A stretch of 64,000 nt of DNA, taken from NCBI RefSeq assembly GCF_009914755.1, contig NC_060939.1; one strand, 5' to 3'. Below the pieces are notes generated by a model. That model saw only the letters and a program-made list of their open reading frames with translations. It did no database searches and had not been told where the DNA came from. This document shows, one piece after another, positions 17,346 through 31,400 of this stretch (its first letter is position 1; each line of letters begins with the position of its first letter). This DNA comes from the human T2T-CHM13v2.0 reference genome, Homo sapiens. A program made the position numbers and the translations under genes.

Positions 17346-18474
17346 TACAATATACATAACATAAAACTTAACATCGTAACTATTTTTCAGTGTACAGCTT
17401 AGTGGCATTAAGTACATTTACATTGTTGTGCATCCATCATTTCTGTCTGTCTCCAGAAATTTTTCATCTTCCCAAAGTGATACTCTGTACTCATTAAACA
17501 AGGATTCCTCATTTTCCCTCCTTCCAGCCCCTAGTAGCCACTATTTTACTTCTACCTCTATGAATTTGACTGATCTGGGTGCCTCACATAAGTGGAATCA
17601 TACACTATTTGTTCTTCTGTGTCTGGCTTATTTCACTCGCTGTAATGTTTTCAAGTTTCCTCCAGGTTGTAACATGTGTTAGAATTTCCTTTTCGGGGCT
17701 GAATAATATTATATTGTATGTGTACACCACATTTTATTTATCCATTAATCCATTGATGGACACTTGGGTTGCTTCTGTCTCTTTGCTATTGTGAATAAAT
17801 CTGCTATGAATACAGATATACACACATTAGTTTAAATACTTCCTTTCAATTTTTTGAATATAACCATAAGTGGGATTGCTGAATCATGTTGCAATTCTAT
17901 GTTTAATTTCTTAACCAGCCTACCATTTTCCATAATGGCTGCACCATTTTACATTCCCACCAGCAGTGCACAAGAGTTCTAATTTCTCAACATCCTTGCC
18001 AATACTATTTTTTTTCTTTTACTTTTTCCATTATTAGCCCTTCTAAAGGGTCTGGAGTATCTCATTGTGGTTTTGATTTGTATTTCCCTAATGATAAATG
18101 ATGTCAAGCATTTTTCATGTGTTTATTGGTCATTTGTATATATTCATTGGAGAAATGGCCTATTCCAGTCCTTTGCCCATTTTTTGAATTGGGCTGTTAC
18201 TTTTTGTTGTTGAGATGTAGGAGTTTTTTATATATTCTGGATATTAATCTCATCAGGTCTATGGTTTGAAAATACTTTCTCTCCAGTGTTAGTTGCCTTT
18301 TTACTCTGCTGATAGTGTCATTTGGTGCACAATGTTTTCAGTTTTGATGAAGTTTAATTTTATCTATTTTTTGTTGTTGTTGCCTGTGCTTTTGATGTTA
18401 TATCCAAGAAATAATTGCCAAGCTCAACGTCATGATCCTTTTCGCCTGTTTTCTAATAAGAGTTTTATACTTTT

Positions 18475-18787
<313 letters not shown>

Positions 18788-19372
18788 TTATACTTTGAAC
18801 TCTTATGTTATGGATGTTCGTATATGTTGTAAGAGTCCAGCTTCATTCTTCTGCCTGTACATATCCAGTTTTCCAAGCATAATTTGGTGAAAGAACTGTC
18901 GTTTTCCCACTGAATGATCTTGCACGCTTGTCAAAAATCATTTGGCCATGTATGCAAGGGTTTATTTCTGGACTCTTTCAACTTATTTGATTGGTCTATA
19001 TGTCTTTATGCCAGAACCACACTGATTACTGACTTTGTAGAAAGTTTGGATATCAGGAAATGTGAATCCTCTGATTTTGTTTCTTCTTTCACGATATTTT
19101 TGCTGCTTATGGTCCCTTGAGATTTCATGGGAATTTTAGGATAGATTTTTCTTTTGCAAAAAAAAAAAAAATCATTGGGATTGCATTGGATCTGTAGATC
19201 ACTTTGGGTAGTATTGGTGTCTTAAGAATATTAAATTTCATAATCTGTGAACATAGATTATCTTTTCATTTATTTATGTTTCCTTTAATTTTTTTCAGCA
19301 GTCATAGTTTTCAGTGTACAAGTCATTTGATTTCTTAGTTAATTACTAAGTATTTGATTCTTTTTAATGCTA

Positions 19373-19568
19373 TTTTTTTTTTTTTTTTTTTTTGAGCAAC
19401 AAGGCTGTTTATCTCACCTGGGTGCAGACGGGCTGAGTCCGAAAAAGGAGTCTGCAAAGGGTGGTGGGATTATCATGACTTCTTATAGGTTTGGGATAGG
19501 TGTACAAGGTACATTCTTAAGGGCGGGAGGAGAATATTACAAAGTACCTTCTTAAGGGCAGGGAGAAT
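19373..19568 (-). mobile_element. Polyadenylated, 5'-truncated HERV-H LTR7 (type II / LTR7B-like) retrocopy
   Basis: Minus strand reads ...ggactcagcccgtctgcacccaggtgagataaacagccttgttgctc followed by A21. TSD tttttaatgctatt at 19361 and 19569. Confidence 0.88.
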
Positions 19569-19987
19569 TTTTTAATGCTATTATAAGTGAAATTGCTTTT
19601 TAATCCCTTATTTGGAGTCTTTATTGTTACTATATAGAGATGTAACTGATTTTGTATAGAGATGTAACTAATGTATTCATATTGCATCCTGCAACTCTGC
19701 TGAATTTGTCTATCAGTTCTAATAGTTTTTTTGTGTGGAATTTTTAGTTTAGTTTTTTTTATGTAGATTTAAATAGTTCTTATTTAACTAGGATGCCTGT
19801 GATGGATCTGTTGATATTAGAATATAGTGACTCAACATTGCCCTAGAGTTTCTAGAGTAACGTGCAGGAGTTTCTAGAGTAACATGCATAAATTTCTAGT
19901 TTCCCACATTTTTTGATGAAGCTGCAGGATATTCATGGGGGCAGGTAGGGAAGCATCTCAATATTTAGGTTTCTGTTTATAACCAGT

Positions 19988-21000
19988 ATAGCAGATATTT
20001 TCCCTACACCTCTTTGATCACATTGACTTTTCTATGCATGCCAGCCTGATTTCCAATGGCCAGGACCTGCTTTATTCTCAGAATGCTGTCCTTGTGCCAT
20101 CAAGAACAAATTTTCCTACATGACCAGAAGGTAGGAATTATAGTAGTACCCGCTTATCCATGGTTTCACTTTCCTTGGTTTCAGTTACGCATGGTTAATT
20201 ATAGTTTGAAAATATTAAATACAAAATTCCAGAAATAATTCACAAGTTTTAAATTGTATGCTGTTTGGTGTAGCAGTATAAAATTCCATGCCGTCTCACT
20301 CTGTTCCACCAAGGACATGAATGATCCCTTTGTTCAGCATATCCATGCTGTGTACATTACCCACCCATTAGTCATTCAGTAGCCATCACAGTTATTAGAT
20401 TGACAGATCACAAGAAGAAGGGTGAGTAGAGTACAATAAGATATTTTGAGAGAGAGAGAGGGAAAGAGACTATATTTGTATAACTTTTATTATAGTATAT
20501 TGTTATAATTGTTCTATTTTATTTTTATTGTTAATCTCTCACTGTGCCTAATTTATAAATTAAACCTTATTAGTATGTGTGTATAGGAAAAAATGTAGTA
20601 TGTGTAGGGCTCAGTACTATCTGCAGTTTCAGGCATCCACTGGGGATCTTGGAACATATCACCTGCGCTATTCATGGGAACTAACATCTGTTTCGGTACA
20701 TGCAGCCTTTAACTTTTGACAGGCAGGAGATACAAATAGCTCAGCTCTCTCACTTCTTTGCTTGAATAATTGAGACATGAGAAATGTGGCATAGCATCTC
20801 CCATAACTCCCCTATACTATTAAACTGTGGTTTTTAGCCAGTATCACAGTGGATGATTGGGCCCTTTATAGTTATTTTCACTTCCCTCGATTACCTTCCC
20901 ACTTCCCTAGCACTGTCTTTCTTCTTTCCATATAAATAACATGATATCAATATTTGTCTTAGTTTTATTATCCATGGAAGCATACTCTAATAATAGCACA
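19988..21000 (+). mobile_element. LTR33/LTR16-like ERVL LTR split by MER44
   Basis: Decayed ERVL-LTR 3' end motifs at 20860-21000. Confidence 0.5.
20141..20668 (+). mobile_element. MER44 (Tigger7-derived) DNA transposon
   Basis: tagtagtacccgcttatcc...tttcagttac start and ...caggcatccactgggg...ttggaac end. Confidence 0.85.
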
Positions 21001-21049
21001 GTCAAGGCAAATAAACACTTAGATTACTTGTTTTAATACAGTGAATCAG

Positions 21050-21686
21050 CTGTCCAACAGAAACAAAGCCAGCCACTGTAAGATAGATTTTATCCAGTAC
21101 TATTGCAATAGGGGAGAGACCTCAGTGTAACCTGAGCTTAATTCCTCAATCCTAAGAAGCAAAAGGCAGGAGGCCTTTTAAATGTAGAGTGTGCTAAAGG
21201 AAAAGTACTGAAAGACTTTAAGAAATGTGATTAGTCTCTCTGTTATCTGTGTCTGCAAACTGGTGCTTATTGAAGTTAAGCTCTTATCCTTCCACAGAGA
21301 CAAGGACACCAGAAGCCCTATTCTTTTTGATGACTACATTTCAGAAGAATGGCTCCCTGGTTCTTGAGAAAGCCATTCCTGGGTTGTGGACTATACATAT
21401 ACATGTCAAAGAGACAGAGAAAGGATTTATAATTGTGTGTTTTCGAAAGTAAATTGCCTAAGAAAAGAGAGATTAGAAGCCTATCTCTAGATATTGGCTG
21501 AAACAAACAGTAAAAAAATTTTTTTTGGCAGTCTTGACCTCTCCCAGGCAGGAACTCAAGGGAGGCTCATTCCTCTTATACATATGATCTTAGGCTAGCA
21601 GAGGCCATGCTACAGTTTGGCCAACTCTTTTGGTGTGGGAGATTGGACAGAATTGTTTGTGCTGGGAGTTTTTTTGCATTTCTCAC
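21050..21686 (-). mobile_element. MER67-like ERV1 LTR
   Basis: Minus strand starts tgagaaatgc...cagcacaaac; ctattgcaatag motif near the 3' end. Confidence 0.65.
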
Positions 21687-21689
21687 AGC

Positions 21690-22020
21690 ACACAAGGCAT
21701 CTGAAAATCTTGAGGTTTGTTACTAAATATCTAGAAATAGAGAGGTGTCAGGGTCCTAAGCCCACTTTTATAAGTCCACTTCCAACCTATAAGTGCCTTC
21801 CTAAGGCACCATGAATAGTAATTTCCTGTCAGAAAAAAATCAAGGAAAACTTTTTATTGCTTTAGAAGAAAAATCTGTCTAGGAATTAAATGGGACCAAG
21901 CCTGAAACCAGTGCTTTACCCCTGAATGAAATAGGCAATAATACCAGTAATGTTAGAGAACACTTAGTACCATCTTTTATGATCCCTACATTGAGATGAC
22001 CCAATACTGAGTAAAGGCCA
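21690..22020 (+). pseudogene. EZHIP-like paralog copy B (3' remnant)
   Basis: tccacttcca at 21775 (shared with copy C at 24911); tctgtctagga at 21874 vs tctgactagga in copy D; gaaatagg at 21928; acattgagatgacc at 21988. Confidence 0.5.
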
Positions 22021-22384
22021 TCAGGAATCAGTCATTGGACTTTCTAGGAATGCACATGGCATCAATGACACTGACCTAAAAGGAATCCCAACTACAGGCA
22101 ACAACTTATACAAAATTCTTAGAGACAGTGTTTGTAATATTTCTCTCTCTCCTTAATTTGCCATGAAATTTCACAGCCTCTCTATCTACATCCCACATAG
22201 CAAGGTGAGCTCCCTTGGATCACGTGGCCTAGAGGACTGAGGAAGGCAGCATGACTGGGCCAAAAGCCTCATCAACTGGCTTAACTTTTTCCTTGAAAAT
22301 GGAGAAATTAATTCTTTAGGGCTGAGGTCAAATTTCTAATGACTTTGATTCAGAGGACTAATTCATATTCCTTTATATACAAGT

Positions 22385-22960
22385 TGTTGTCTGTGAAGGA
22401 CGGTGTCTAAGTAAAAGAACCAAAAATGCACTAAAGACATTATTAAAAATATAATTTTTCTATGCGACTAAATTGACCTCATTGGTTCCTTCTTATTTCT
22501 GAGATCATCACAGCTATTGCTTAATGAGAAGTTCACTGAGGAAAATGTTCTGAAGGATATTCAACAAGCTACCTTCAGGTAACGGCTGATGTGGCACACC
22601 GAAATCTACTGTACACTGAAGTTAGAATGCTTCTTCAGGCCACTGCTATTTCACTGTTATTTTAGAAAGTATAGATACTCTGCAGTTGCACCAAGGATAC
22701 CGAGGGTTTGGGATGGCAACTTGGTTTGCAGTAAGAGAGGATAGGTGACTTTTTAGTGGAGCAGTATTTGCAGAGAAAATGCACTTCTAGTTAAGTATCT
22801 TTGAAGGGTAGTTTTAGTTGAGCCTCCTCCACCCCATCAAAAGTCCCGCAGTCACCTCTTAGAACTATGTCTGCTTCCCAAGGAGAGAAATGATTTTACA
22901 TTTTTAAATGGTGTTTCTGTCTACCAGACTAGAGAGTCTGTCTTCAATTTCCTACCTGTA
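22385..22960 (+). repeat. Downstream module copy 2
   Basis: Homologous to 14800-15370. Confidence 0.85.
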
Positions 22961-23979
22961 TGATCATCTCTTCTGTTTTATTCATTCCTTTTACATATAT
23001 GGAACAGTCCTATACTGAACTATATAGAATTATGATATTTGATCTCCAATCTTCCAGCAAAAACTATACTTGTAATCTCTATAATGATCTTGTCCCAGGT
23101 ATTATGTAATTTGTGTTGATTTTCAGGGAGGGGATCAAAGAAAATTTATAGCGTGTTTACGGAACTCTCCCTATGATCTCAAGTGTTCAATAAACCTGTG
23201 TAAAATCAAACACAATTTAAATCAGGATAGAGAGTGAAGCAAGAAATAGAGATAATCTTCAGACACTTCTATCTCCTTTTGTACTGGGCTTTGCTTTGTT
23301 CAAGCAGGTGTTAAAACATGGATGCAGCTTGACAGGGTGGGGACGGGGGAAATGGTCCTTTCCATTTATTAAAATGAGTCAGAGAGAGGCCATGGGGATT
23401 TCAACCTGCAATTCTCTCCTGGGTCAGGATGATCCAGTTATAAAGAAGTGTTTATTTGATGATAGATAACACCCAGAGGGTTTTATTCAACTAAATGAAT
23501 GACAGAAATTGATCAACTTCACACTGCAGAGAGGCCTGAGATGTTAAAATACAAACTGCTAGGAGGAGAAATAAAGTGGGGTAAAAACTTTCTATGCCAC
23601 CAATAATATGCTCTTCCAGCACTTTTAGATTTTGTCTTTCTGATGTCCTATGTTACTTGGGTTTCAGAATAAAAATTTTGGAGAGGAAACTACCAAAATA
23701 CGTGTTGACTAAGTTCAAGGAAAATTTACTTCTGGTGGTTACTTTTATGTGTCCCTCCTCCAATTTGAGTGGTGCAGAGGGAATGGAGATTTATACATTA
23801 TAAAGTAACTTCCAAATTCATCAATGCTTCTGAAATTTACCAGAGAGGATTCTTTTTTTTTTTGTCATCCATTCAAATCTTGGTAAAACAGCTATTCTTT
23901 AAAAATTAATGCCATCTCATATTTATTTAAAAACACTGAAAAAGAATGCCAGAGAATGGTTGAAGGAGAAAAACCCACC

Positions 23980-25470
23980 AAGCGGTTATCTCAAGTCTTC
24001 ACGTTTATGAGAGAACAGCTCAAGATGACTGCTCTTCAGGGAACAATAGCTTAAAGCTTTTATGGGTTAGATTGAAGAAGTTCAAAGTTCAATTTTGTTC
24101 CCAGAATTTTTCACCATTTATATTCTCAGAAAGTATGAGGAAGTTGACATTGAGTTAATCACAAGAGATGATGCAATACTGGGGCCACTGCATAGCAGAT
24201 AGTGGGTCAATTTGGGTTTAGGAAGGTGGGTGGAGAGGAATAGTTAGGGCTAAGGTCTTGAGATAGTCAAGTACAATGGCCTTTTGGATAGACATCACAC
24301 CCTAAAAACAGAGATTTGTTCTCTGAAGATCCAAAGGTAATAAAATAACTGCTGATACTTGAATGTCACCTAGATCTTGAACACATTCTTTGCCATATCA
24401 TGAATTGCCATATCTTCAATAATTAAATGAGGAACAGATGCCATGGAGGTATTTTTCTCAGACGTGCCTTTGTTAATTGCTGGTAGTGGGGGAGCATGCA
24501 CTGCACAGCTTTGGATGTATGGTGGTATCCATGCCACGTCCAGTCTTCCCCAGGGCTCCTCCTAGCCATTGAGTGAGCACAGTAGAGGCACTCAAGGTAG
24601 GCCATGCCTGCCTGACCCACCTTGGATTTCTTTAACTCACAGAATTCCCCAGTGGTAACTTATATGCTATGTGCCATTAGTAGTTTCCTTCCTTTCCTTT
24701 CTTATATCTCTACACTAGTATTTCCTGAGAACATTTCCCAAGTAAACCACTTGTAACTGAGACCTTGTCTCACGATCTGCTTCTGAGGAAATCTAAGCTA
24801 ATCTCAGACAGTAGGCAAGTGGAAACTGTTTGCCTCTCCTAGGTATTGCTATGCCTTAATGTATGGGTAGCATACATAATATTGGAAGAACAACTTGCTT
24901 GAGATGAACATCCACTTCCATTTCTATATGTGAGTATATTGGCTCCATGAAAATTTATGTAATGAAAAGTTAATGGAAGCTTTTGTTATCGTATCTGCAT
25001 TGCTCAGTGTTTAGAGCTCCTATGGTTAAATCGTTCTATCCTGAGTAATTAGTGGTTAAGCCACTAAAGTCAAGGTTATTCCAAATGACAGACACAGTTC
25101 TGCCTAAGACAGATTCCTCAATTCACATGATCCTCTCAAGCACTGAAAGAGCTGGTTCACATTTCTATCACATACCTTCTTCATGCTGGATAGACTAATT
25201 CAGGAAAGACAGGTGGCAGAGTTAGCTCAACATTGCCTTGCTACTGAAATTGCTTTCAGTGCTCCACAAACCTGAAACATACACGCCATGTTTAGCAATA
25301 GACCGCATCCTCTATACTTATCTCCTCTTCTGACGAATCAGAATCACAGATCATATAAAGAAATAGAAACATCAGAAAGTTGAGAAGCATCAAGTACCGA
25401 TATTCAGTAGAACAAGGGGAAATAGGGCCACCGATCCTAATAGATGACACTAGGATGGCCTTTTAGGGCC
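23980..25470 (+). pseudogene. EZHIP-like paralog copy C with internal micro-inversion
   Basis: aagcggtt..agaacagctcaagat (23980-24026) matches 3241-3276. The inverted block contains gcaatgttgagct, identical to copy D. 25404-25460 encodes SVEQGEIG and contains acactaggatggcc. Confidence 0.65.
24425..24810 (+). mobile_element. LTR16/LTR33-like ERVL LTR fragment
   Basis: 3' end taaaccacttg...ccttgtctca...tctgcttctg...aaatctaagcta. Confidence 0.6.
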
Positions 25471-26130
25471 TTAGTAAATAAACACTGCAGTATTTTGTAG
25501 TACTGCAAAAGCCACACATTAGAGCAGAAGTAGACCATGGAAACTGGTTAATGAATAAACTGCTCTGAGGGCAGCACTTTTGAGTGACGCCTAGGCCATT
25601 GGGCAGTTTCATGAGTGTACCTTTGGAGTAGGGAACGTCGAGGGTATCAAGAGAAGACAAAGTCACAAGGACCAAGCTCCAGTGGAGGGGGAAGTCTTGG
25701 GATTTTTTCCTAACTCAGATACAGAGTCACTTCAGTTCTGAATAGGGGAGTATGTGTTACATTCAGCTGGTGTGATGAAAGATTAATATCTGAAGGTCTT
25801 GGTGGGGAACAGGGTTAATTGTAATAAGAAAGACACATCCTCAATACATCAATAGGGTTCTGATCTGAGGGAAGGATGAGCATATCTTTGGGAGATTCCC
25901 AACAGAGGGAATAGATGAGCTTTGAATTCAAGGAATAACTTTCTCTTTCAGGCAATTACATGAACTAGAGGCACAATAGTTTAACACTTGTTTGAAGAAA
26001 ACAAAACAAAACAAAAAAAACCTACCTCTAGATCAGGTAAATCGGTAACTAAAAGACATTAATGTCACTGGATCTAGAAAAGAAACCCTAAATTAAAGGT
26101 GTTAAAAAGTGAATTAAATGTGTTTAGTTC

Positions 26131-26620
26131 TGTGCTGGCTTTGTAGTGTGTATTTGGCTAGGCTATATTTCCCATAATTTATTCTTGTGTGTTTCCAGTT
26201 AAAAAAAATGGGCCACAGGGGAGAATCTTGGGATATTTAGAGGGCAGAGAGGAACCAGCAACCACTGTGTAATTTACACATGTCATTGCTTATCTGCTGA
26301 CGTTCTTCCTTGGCATAAAGCAGCAGCTGGGCTTGTGACTCCTTTACCTTTCCCTGGTTTCCTCTTTGGCTTCTGTAAGTCCTGGATTAGGTATGTGTAT
26401 TTAATTCTGTGAAGGACCCTGGATTCTGCAGGACATCCTCATCACCAAGGTCAGAGGCAGCAAGAACTGACACGGATTTTCATTTGTCCTTGTGGGGTTC
26501 CAGCTTGTGCTTATGAGATCAGCTTGTTCTTGATTTCTCCAACTTCAAATCTATCTTCCCTTCCTGACTGCCTGCTCTGTGGACTTCAAGCTTTAGCAGA
26601 TTCTGAGAAAACAGCTCAAG
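26131..26620 (+). mobile_element. MLT2E/F-like LTR
   Basis: Starts tgtgctggcttt...tttccca...tgggccaca; contains ggacttcaagct. Confidence 0.7.
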
Positions 26621-27339
26621 AGGTTTAGTTTATATTGTAATACTGTTAAGCAACTATAATCAGGATTCAGACTCAAAATTGAGTTTCATATATTCAGTAT
26701 AGTATGAACTATACTGTTAAATAGCATCATTAAATATAAACACTTAGAATAAAGGAATGAAGAAACAGGATTACAAAATGAGGTCTAGGTTTTGTTGTAT
26801 TGTGTTTGACATAGTTAGAACTTCAGAAACATTAAGAGACCCTGGCTTCTGTCAGTGCCCAAGGATCTTGGCCCTGGACTAGAGCATACCAACATTAGGA
26901 ACTTTATGAATTGAATGACAGTCTCACGTCTGAAGAAGGGGCCTCATTTAGATTTCAGGTTAGAACCTGTGTCACATTTGAGCCTTATTCTCAAAGTCAG
27001 TCTCTCTCACATTGACCCTCATGCTCAGTTAAGTACCTCAGTGAAATTTAAGGGGGTGACATTTTAATATCACAGAACTTTCAGGACAGGTATTTTCTGC
27101 TTGCTCTGAGTAGTGAGTGCCAGAACCCAGAGGAACTGTTCCTATTCTTTGGGGACAGAAGAGAGCATACAGTATCAGTTGTGCGGAAGTGAGTTCCTAG
27201 AGAAGCCTTCCTTTCCTCTGCTTAGAACTCTGTTTCAGCACCAAGGTCAGTGTAAGTGAGAAAACAGGAATACTTTGCTTACCTCAAGGAAGGTTAGAGT
27301 AGGATCCTACTTTCTACTGGGGAATTGAAAACCATCTTG

Positions 27340-28370
27340 CAGACATGAAAGAATCATGGAGAAGGGGTATAGTGGCTGAAAAAGTGAATCGCCAATTTCT
27401 CAAACACTTCATTGTCTTTCCCTCTCTCACTGTTTCACTCTCCCTGCTTCCTTACTCGAGCATCTTGGTATCATCTCTGAAATTACTACTTGCACCAAAA
27501 TTCCTCTTCCAGGCTCATCTTTCAATGCCACTCAAACAAGACCATCTCCATTTCTACTTACAACCTCTCAATGCTCTGATTTCTCAATGAGAAATTAAGG
27601 GATGAAGAATTAGTAGAATTGAGCCAGGTCTTGGTTAGTTTTTGCGTATTCTGTATAGATGCTTTGTTTTCTTTTTGGATTAATTTTTAGCTCTAGCAGC
27701 CTGGTTTATGTTTTACAATTTCAAACCAACATTTAATGTTGAATCACAGAAAACAGCCTGAACAGAAGTTTGACGAAAAAAGAAATCAATCATAGGTTTG
27801 TTTTTTTTTTTTAATTCCTTATAGCCTAGCAATATTCTACTAAGCCATACCAGAGCTGTACCCCACCCCGCCTCTACTCCCCAAACTTTCTGTTAGGAAG
27901 GGGACTTGCATCAGCTTTGATCTGCCTGGACTTCATGTGTAATTCCTTGTCTATAGCTATTTTATCTCCAAATATTATGACTGCTATAGCCTTTTAATTT
28001 TGGTTTCTTAGTTAATGAGTCTTTTGCAAAAGAAATTAGTTTAGTGGATTATTTGCTCACTACATATTGGCCTCTATACTCAGTGTAGCTTGACAGCATT
28101 GCCAGTGATGAATCTGTTATAGATTCAGGAATGTCAGTTCCCAAGGAAGCAATGCTATTAGACAGGATCACTTTGTTGGAGAGCTACAAAATACTCTAGT
28201 GAAGCTAGACAAAATGAATTTATCTTATGGCAACAAAATTGTAGGGTTTTACTGTAATAATTCTTTGAACTCTGCAAGGAAAACCATTATTTCTGGAATG
28301 AAACCACATGATGTCGCTTGATGGGAATGGGGAAATCAGGCCCTAGATTTTACCTTATAACCAGTGCGTC
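27340..28370 (+). repeat. Upstream module copy 3
   Basis: tttcaatgcc..tgagaaatta..ccagg..tattctgt..agcattgc, collinear with 1840-2390 and 16370-16910. Confidence 0.75.
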
Positions 28371-28499
28371 AAACATTTGCTTCGACTATGGCAGTTGTTA
28401 ATGTTGTAAAGCAGCTTATAAGCTCCTAATAATCCTGAGGTGGGTTACAGAAATTTCAAAGTCAGAAGAGGCAAGTGTCACAGCATTGCGAATTTCAAG

Positions 28500-31400
28500 A
28501 ATACTTTTTCGTATTTCTGTGAAAATTTTCATTAGAATTTTGATAGGGGTTAGATTGCTTTGGGGTAGTATGACCATTTTAACAATATTCACTCAATCCT
28601 TGAACATGGAATATCTTTTCATTTTTTGGGTCTTTAATTTCTTTTATTAATATTTATTGTGTTCAGTATGCAGATCTTTCACTTCCTTGGTGAAATTTAC
28701 TCCTAAGAATTAAATTTTATTTTCGATGTTATTGTAAATGAGATTGTTTTCTTAATTTATTCACTGTTAGCATATAGAAACACTACTGATTTTTGCATGT
28801 TGATTTTGTATCCTGCAACTTTACTGAATTTGTTCATTTGTTCTAACGGTTTTTGGTAAGGTCTTCAGGGTTTTCTGTATATAATATGTCATCTGCAAAC
28901 AGAAGATTTTAATTCTCCCTTTCCAATTTGGAAGCCTTTTTTTTTTTCTTTTTCTTACCTAATTGCTCATGCCAGGACTTCTAGTAATACATTGAACAGA
29001 AGTGGTGAGAGTGGGGATCCTTGTCTTGTTCCTGATTTTAGGGGAAATACTTTCAGGTTTTCACTGTTAAATATTAGGCTAGTGGTGAGTTTGTCATATA
29101 TGGCCTTTATTATGTTGAGGTACAAGTCTTTCTGTACCTAATTTGTTGAGAATTTATGTCATAAATGATGTTGAATTTTGTCAAATGCTTTTTCTTTATC
29201 AGATGATCATATAAATTTTATACCTCATTTTGTTAAAGTGGTGTATTGCATTTATTGATTCGTGTATGTTAAAACATCATCGCGTTCCAGAAATAAATCC
29301 CACTTGATCATATACTATGATTGCTATAATGTCCTGTTTAATTCATTTTGCTAGTATTCTGTTGAGGATTTTTGTGTGTATACTCATCATGGATAGTGGC
29401 TTATAACTCTTTTTTTTCTGTAGTGTCCTTGTCTGGCTTTAGTATCAGGATAATGCTGGCCTTCTAAAATGAATTTGAAAGTATTTCCAGTCATCATGTT
29501 TGGGGAACAGTTTGAGAAGGATCAGCATTAATTATTTGAATGTTTGATAAAATATGCGAGTGAAGTCCCCAGGTCCTGAGAGTTTCTTTGTTGGGAGATT
29601 TTTGATTATGGATTCAATCTCCCCACTCATTTTTGGTCTTCTCAGATTTTCTTTTTCTTCATGATATCTTGGTAGGTTGTATGTTTCTAGGAAATTTTCC
29701 ATTTCATCTATGTCATTCAATTTGGTGGCATATAATTGCTCACAGTAGTCTCTTATGATTCTTTGTATTTCTGTGATAGTAGTTGTGATATCTCCTCTTT
29801 TATAATTTTACTTGAGTCTTCTTTGTTTACCTATTTAGTCTAGCTAAAGGTTTGTCAATTTTATTTTTAAAAAACTCAGTTTCATTGATTTTTTTCCCAT
29901 TATTTTTCTCGTGTCTTATTTCTGCTCTGGTCTTTATTATTTCCTTCCTTCTGCTGACTTTGGTCATAGTTTGGTCTTTTTTATAGTTCTTAAGGTATAA
30001 ATTTAGGTTGTTTCTTTGAGATTTTTCTTTCTTCTTTAATACAGGCATTTATACAAACTTCCTTCTGAACTGCTTTTGCTAAATACCAAAAGTTTGGATA
30101 TAGTGTTTTCTATTTTATTTGTCTTAATATATTTTTTATTTCTCTTTTTTTTGACCCATTGATTGTTCAGGAGTATATTTTTAATTCCATGTATTTGTGA
30201 ATTTCCAATCTTCTTCCGAGTATTGATTTCTAGTTTCATGCCACTATAGTTGGGAAGAAAACTTGATATAATTTCAGTCTTCTTAAATTTGTTAAGACAT
30301 TTTTGTTGCCTAACATGATCTAACCTGGAGAATGTTTCATGTGTACTTGGAAAGAATTTTTTCTGTTGCTGTTTGATGGAATGTTCTTTATATATCTGTT
30401 AGGGCCATTTGGTCTATAGTGTTGTTTAAGTCTGCTGTTTTCTTATTGATTTTCTGTCTGGATGATCTGTCCATTGCTAACAGTGAGGTATTGAAGTACC
30501 CTACTATTATCGTATTGCTGTCTATTTCTCCCCTCAGTTATATTAATATTAGCTTTATAAATTAAGTGCTCCAATGTTGGGTGACATATATTTGAAATTG
30601 TTACATCCTTTTGATAAACTGACACTTTTATTGCTATATAATGCCCTTGTTTCTTATTACAGTTTTGGACTTCACTTTTATATTGTCTGATATTAATATA
30701 GCTACCCATGCTCTCTTTGGGTTATGATTTGCATAGAATATCTCCTTCTATCTATTTACTTTCAGCCTATATTTGTTCTTAAACCTAAAAATGACTATCT
30801 TATAGGCAGCATATAGCTGGATCTTTTTTAAAGATTCATTTAGCTACTGTATGAATGGGTAATTTTTGATTGGGTAACTTATGTGTGGCATAAATCACTT
30901 TTGCTTACTCAATGTGTTCTTTAATTCCTGGGTAGCTCTTTGATTCTTTTGATTGGGTAATTTGTTTAAATTTAATGTAATTTTTGGTAGGAAATAACAT
31001 CCTATTCCATTTTTTTTTTAATGTTTTGTAGTTCCTTTGTTCTATTCTTCCTCTCTTGGTGTCTGTTAGTCTGTTTTGTGCTGCTGTGAAAGAATAACAG
31101 AAGCTGGGTAATTTATAAAGAAAAGAGACTGGTTTTCCCCATAGTTTGGAAGACGGTATAAGATGCATGCCACCAGCAGCATCTGCTCCTGGTAAGGGCT
31201 TATGGGAGCTTCCAGTCATATTGAGAGGTGAAAAGAACCAGTGTGTCACATGGAAAGAGAGGGAGCAAGGGAGGGGGGAAGGGTGTGCCAGGCTTTGAAA
31301 AACAACAAGCTCTTCCTTGAACTCATAGAGTGGCAACTCACTCATTATTGCAAGGACAACGCTAAACCATTCATGAAGGATGTGCCCTTCTGACTTAAAC

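Noticed and set aside
16834-17417. Six overlapping ORFs up to 172 aa (Y/I/H/T/C/M/V-rich)
   Set aside because: Artefacts of the stop-poor TA/CA microsatellite.
25140-25470. Twin-primed processed-pseudogene interpretation of copy C
   Set aside because: Flanks on both sides are collinear genomic paralog sequence and the flipped block is bounded by inverted repeats, so a local inversion fits better.
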